Positions 62,445 through 64,000 of a DNA stretch of 64,000 nt are shown in pieces. The notes beneath the pieces were generated by a model. That model had not been told where the DNA came from. It saw only the letters and a program-made list of their open reading frames with translations, and did no database searches. Each line of letters opens with the position of its first letter. The stretch's first letter is position 1. This stretch comes from a virus: the IMG/VR virus record IMGVR_UViG_3300030339_000006. One strand, written 5' to 3'. The position numbers and the translations under genes were made by a program.

Positions 62445-62465
62445 GGTATAAGAATAGTGTAAACC
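62445..62465 (+). promoter_or_regulatory. Phage promoter GGTATAAG-N4-GTGTAAA
   Basis: GGTATAAGAATAGTGTAAACC, followed by a UUCG hairpin (62467-62482). Confidence 0.7.
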
Positions 62466-62502
62466 CGAGGGCTTCGGCCCTCTTCACTATTTAGGAGTCA
62501 CC

Positions 62503-62883
62503 ATGTTTCGCGAAATATCTAAAACTTTACTCATCAACCTTATTGCCCGAATCACCGAGCAGCAAACCAAAGATCCCGCGGCACGGTTTGCTTACTTCCA
62601 CACTCTTAACCAACATCGGCAAGCACGCCTTAATACCCTCAATCAGGAAGGTACTAATGAACTTGACCAGGTGAATATCTTCCTGGACATGTTTGAGCCG
62701 AAAGATCGTCATCCTGCCGCCAACATCATGTTCCATAACGCCATCAGCTTCTTAGGGAGTTCAGAGTCGTATCAGCTGGATATCCACTTGAAGCAACGCC
62801 CGTGGTATCAGTACCCCGAGGTCATGGCTATCACCGTAACCCTTCCTGACAACCAAACTCAAACCTTCGAGCGTGACGCATGA
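62503..62883 (+). CDS. Hypothetical protein
   Basis: AGGAG RBS. Confidence 0.65.
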   Translation: MFREISKTLLINLIARITEQQTKDPAARFAYFHTLNQHRQARLNTLNQEGTNELDQVNIFLDMFEPKDRHPAANIMFHNAISFLGSSESYQLDIHLKQRPWYQYPEVMAITVTLPDNQTQTFERDA

Positions 62884-63263
62884 AAGACTTCAACTTTACC
62901 AAAGCCTGGCAGGCTGAAACTGCCAACCGTAACGAAGACAAGATGATGGCCTTCGCGTACGCCCTATGTAACTCGGTGGCGGTTGCCGTGTCGATAACCC
63001 GACCGGGTCGTTATCAGATCCGTCGTGAACTCTTGAAGTCCATCGCAGAGTTGGAGAACCAGGGGGTAGAGCTGGACGAGATACTCACCGCGTTGTTCTT
63101 CCCGAACAATGAGTTGTTCATGATGACCTTCGAAGCGTTGATGGACTCCGTGACGGTCGACACGGTCTACGAAGTGACCCTACTGCCGGTTCAATCGACG
63201 ATGTTCGACATCCCGACGAATCGTATTCAAACCCTGTCTGTTATAGAGGCGAAACATGTCTAA
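62880..63263 (+). CDS. Hypothetical protein
   Basis: ATGA overlap. Confidence 0.6.
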   Translation: MKDFNFTKAWQAETANRNEDKMMAFAYALCNSVAVAVSITRPGRYQIRRELLKSIAELENQGVELDEILTALFFPNNELFMMTFEALMDSVTVDTVYEVTLLPVQSTMFDIPTNRIQTLSVIEAKHV

Positions 63264-63588
63264 ACCTGAACAATTCCTTGCAGCAATCCACCACTCGCTG
63301 GCCATGAGCGTCGTCGGGGAATCCCATCAGTACGTCACTAAGCTGGTCCTGCGGGCTCGCCGGGAGGACTTCTACGCGACCTGCGAAGACCTGCGGAACC
63401 CTGCTAGGACGACCTTCCTCGACATGCACGTGGAAAAACCGCTGCGGGCTGCCGGTGGGGTGATGTTTGATGAGGCTCTGGCAGTGTGGGAGCCGGGTAA
63501 ACGTGTCATTATCTCTGCTTCCTACCGTAACGCGGGACCTGGCATGCTAGATCCTCTCATCAGCTCAATCCAGATTGCCCGTGAATGA
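63256..63588 (+). CDS. Hypothetical protein
   Basis: GAGG RBS. Confidence 0.6.
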   Translation: MSKPEQFLAAIHHSLAMSVVGESHQYVTKLVLRARREDFYATCEDLRNPARTTFLDMHVEKPLRAAGGVMFDEALAVWEPGKRVIISASYRNAGPGMLDPLISSIQIARE

Positions 63589-63811
63589 GTACCTGGAGGT
63601 CCTGAAAGAAGACAGAGATTTCTTCATCGAAGAGATCCTCAATCCTTCACGTAGAATAGCCTTGAGCACACCGAGTGCTCGGGGTTTATCCTGGCCTATT
63701 GCAGAGAGCGTCAAACTCACCGTTCCAAAAGAAACACCACACTGGCTCGTCCATTCCAATAAACCTACCGGCGTCGCGAAGGCCCGGAGAAATCGTAAGG
63801 GTAAAAAATGA
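63581..63811 (+). CDS. Hypothetical basic protein
   Basis: GTG start; fills gap, overlaps neighbours. Confidence 0.4.
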   Translation: MNEYLEVLKEDRDFFIEEILNPSRRIALSTPSARGLSWPIAESVKLTVPKETPHWLVHSNKPTGVAKARRNRKGKK

Positions 63812-64000
63812 ACTTTAAACCTTTTGCTACTGCATTGGCGGAACATTTCGCTGCACTGTCAACGTCTGAGCTGTATCGCGTTAACGTTCCTGGCGAAGAG
63901 CTTTGGGACCACTACCTGGCGTCCTTCCCGGAAGGCACCAACCCGATCTTCCGCGTCCGTACCGAGCATGACGGTTCCTATGACCGTAACTTCGTGCGTC
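63808..64000 (+). CDS. Conserved phage protein, truncated at window edge
   Basis: MNFKPF...LWDHYLASFPEGTNPIFRVRTEHD; ATGA overlap. Confidence 0.6.
   Translation, partial: MNFKPFATALAEHFAALSTSELYRVNVPGEELWDHYLASFPEGTNPIFRVRTEHDGSYDRNFVR

Noticed and set aside
1-64000. Prophage or bacterial chromosome origin of the rpoB/rpoC/sigma/thyA/rnhA genes
   Set aside because: Genes are embedded among capsid, portal and fibre genes; RNAP and sigma are highly divergent; no ribosomal-protein operon, integrase or host flanks seen

Overview
The window is an internal 64 kb segment of a large, probably lytic, tailed dsDNA phage of a Gram-negative host (nested i-/o-spanins; no integrase, tRNA or CRISPR seen). 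Minus-strand blocks encode virion functions: Ig-domain protein, major capsid, decoration, scaffold, prohead protease, portal, tail fibres. Plus-strand blocks encode replication, metabolism and accessory proteins: SNF2 and DinG helicases, T7-like SSB, Cas4-like exonuclease, RNase H, primase-helicase, ThyA, ATP-dependent ligase, a two-gene family A DNA polymerase, and NadM plus NAMPT NAD salvage. The most striking feature is a near-complete private transcription system. It has a bacterial-type multisubunit RNA polymerase re-cut into a beta/beta'-N fusion and a separate beta'-C chain, encoded among virion genes and carrying the K-x-A motifs seen in head proteins, so it may be virion-packaged. It also has a sigma70-family factor behind a host-type promoter and two recurrent promoter motifs (GGTATAAG..TGTA on +, TAAAATAG on -) that sit back-to-back at strand switches. 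A ~210 bp non-coding element with nested dyad symmetry occurs twice, 35.2 kb apart, and several tandem paralog arrays are present. All calls come from motif reading by eye; no database searches were run.
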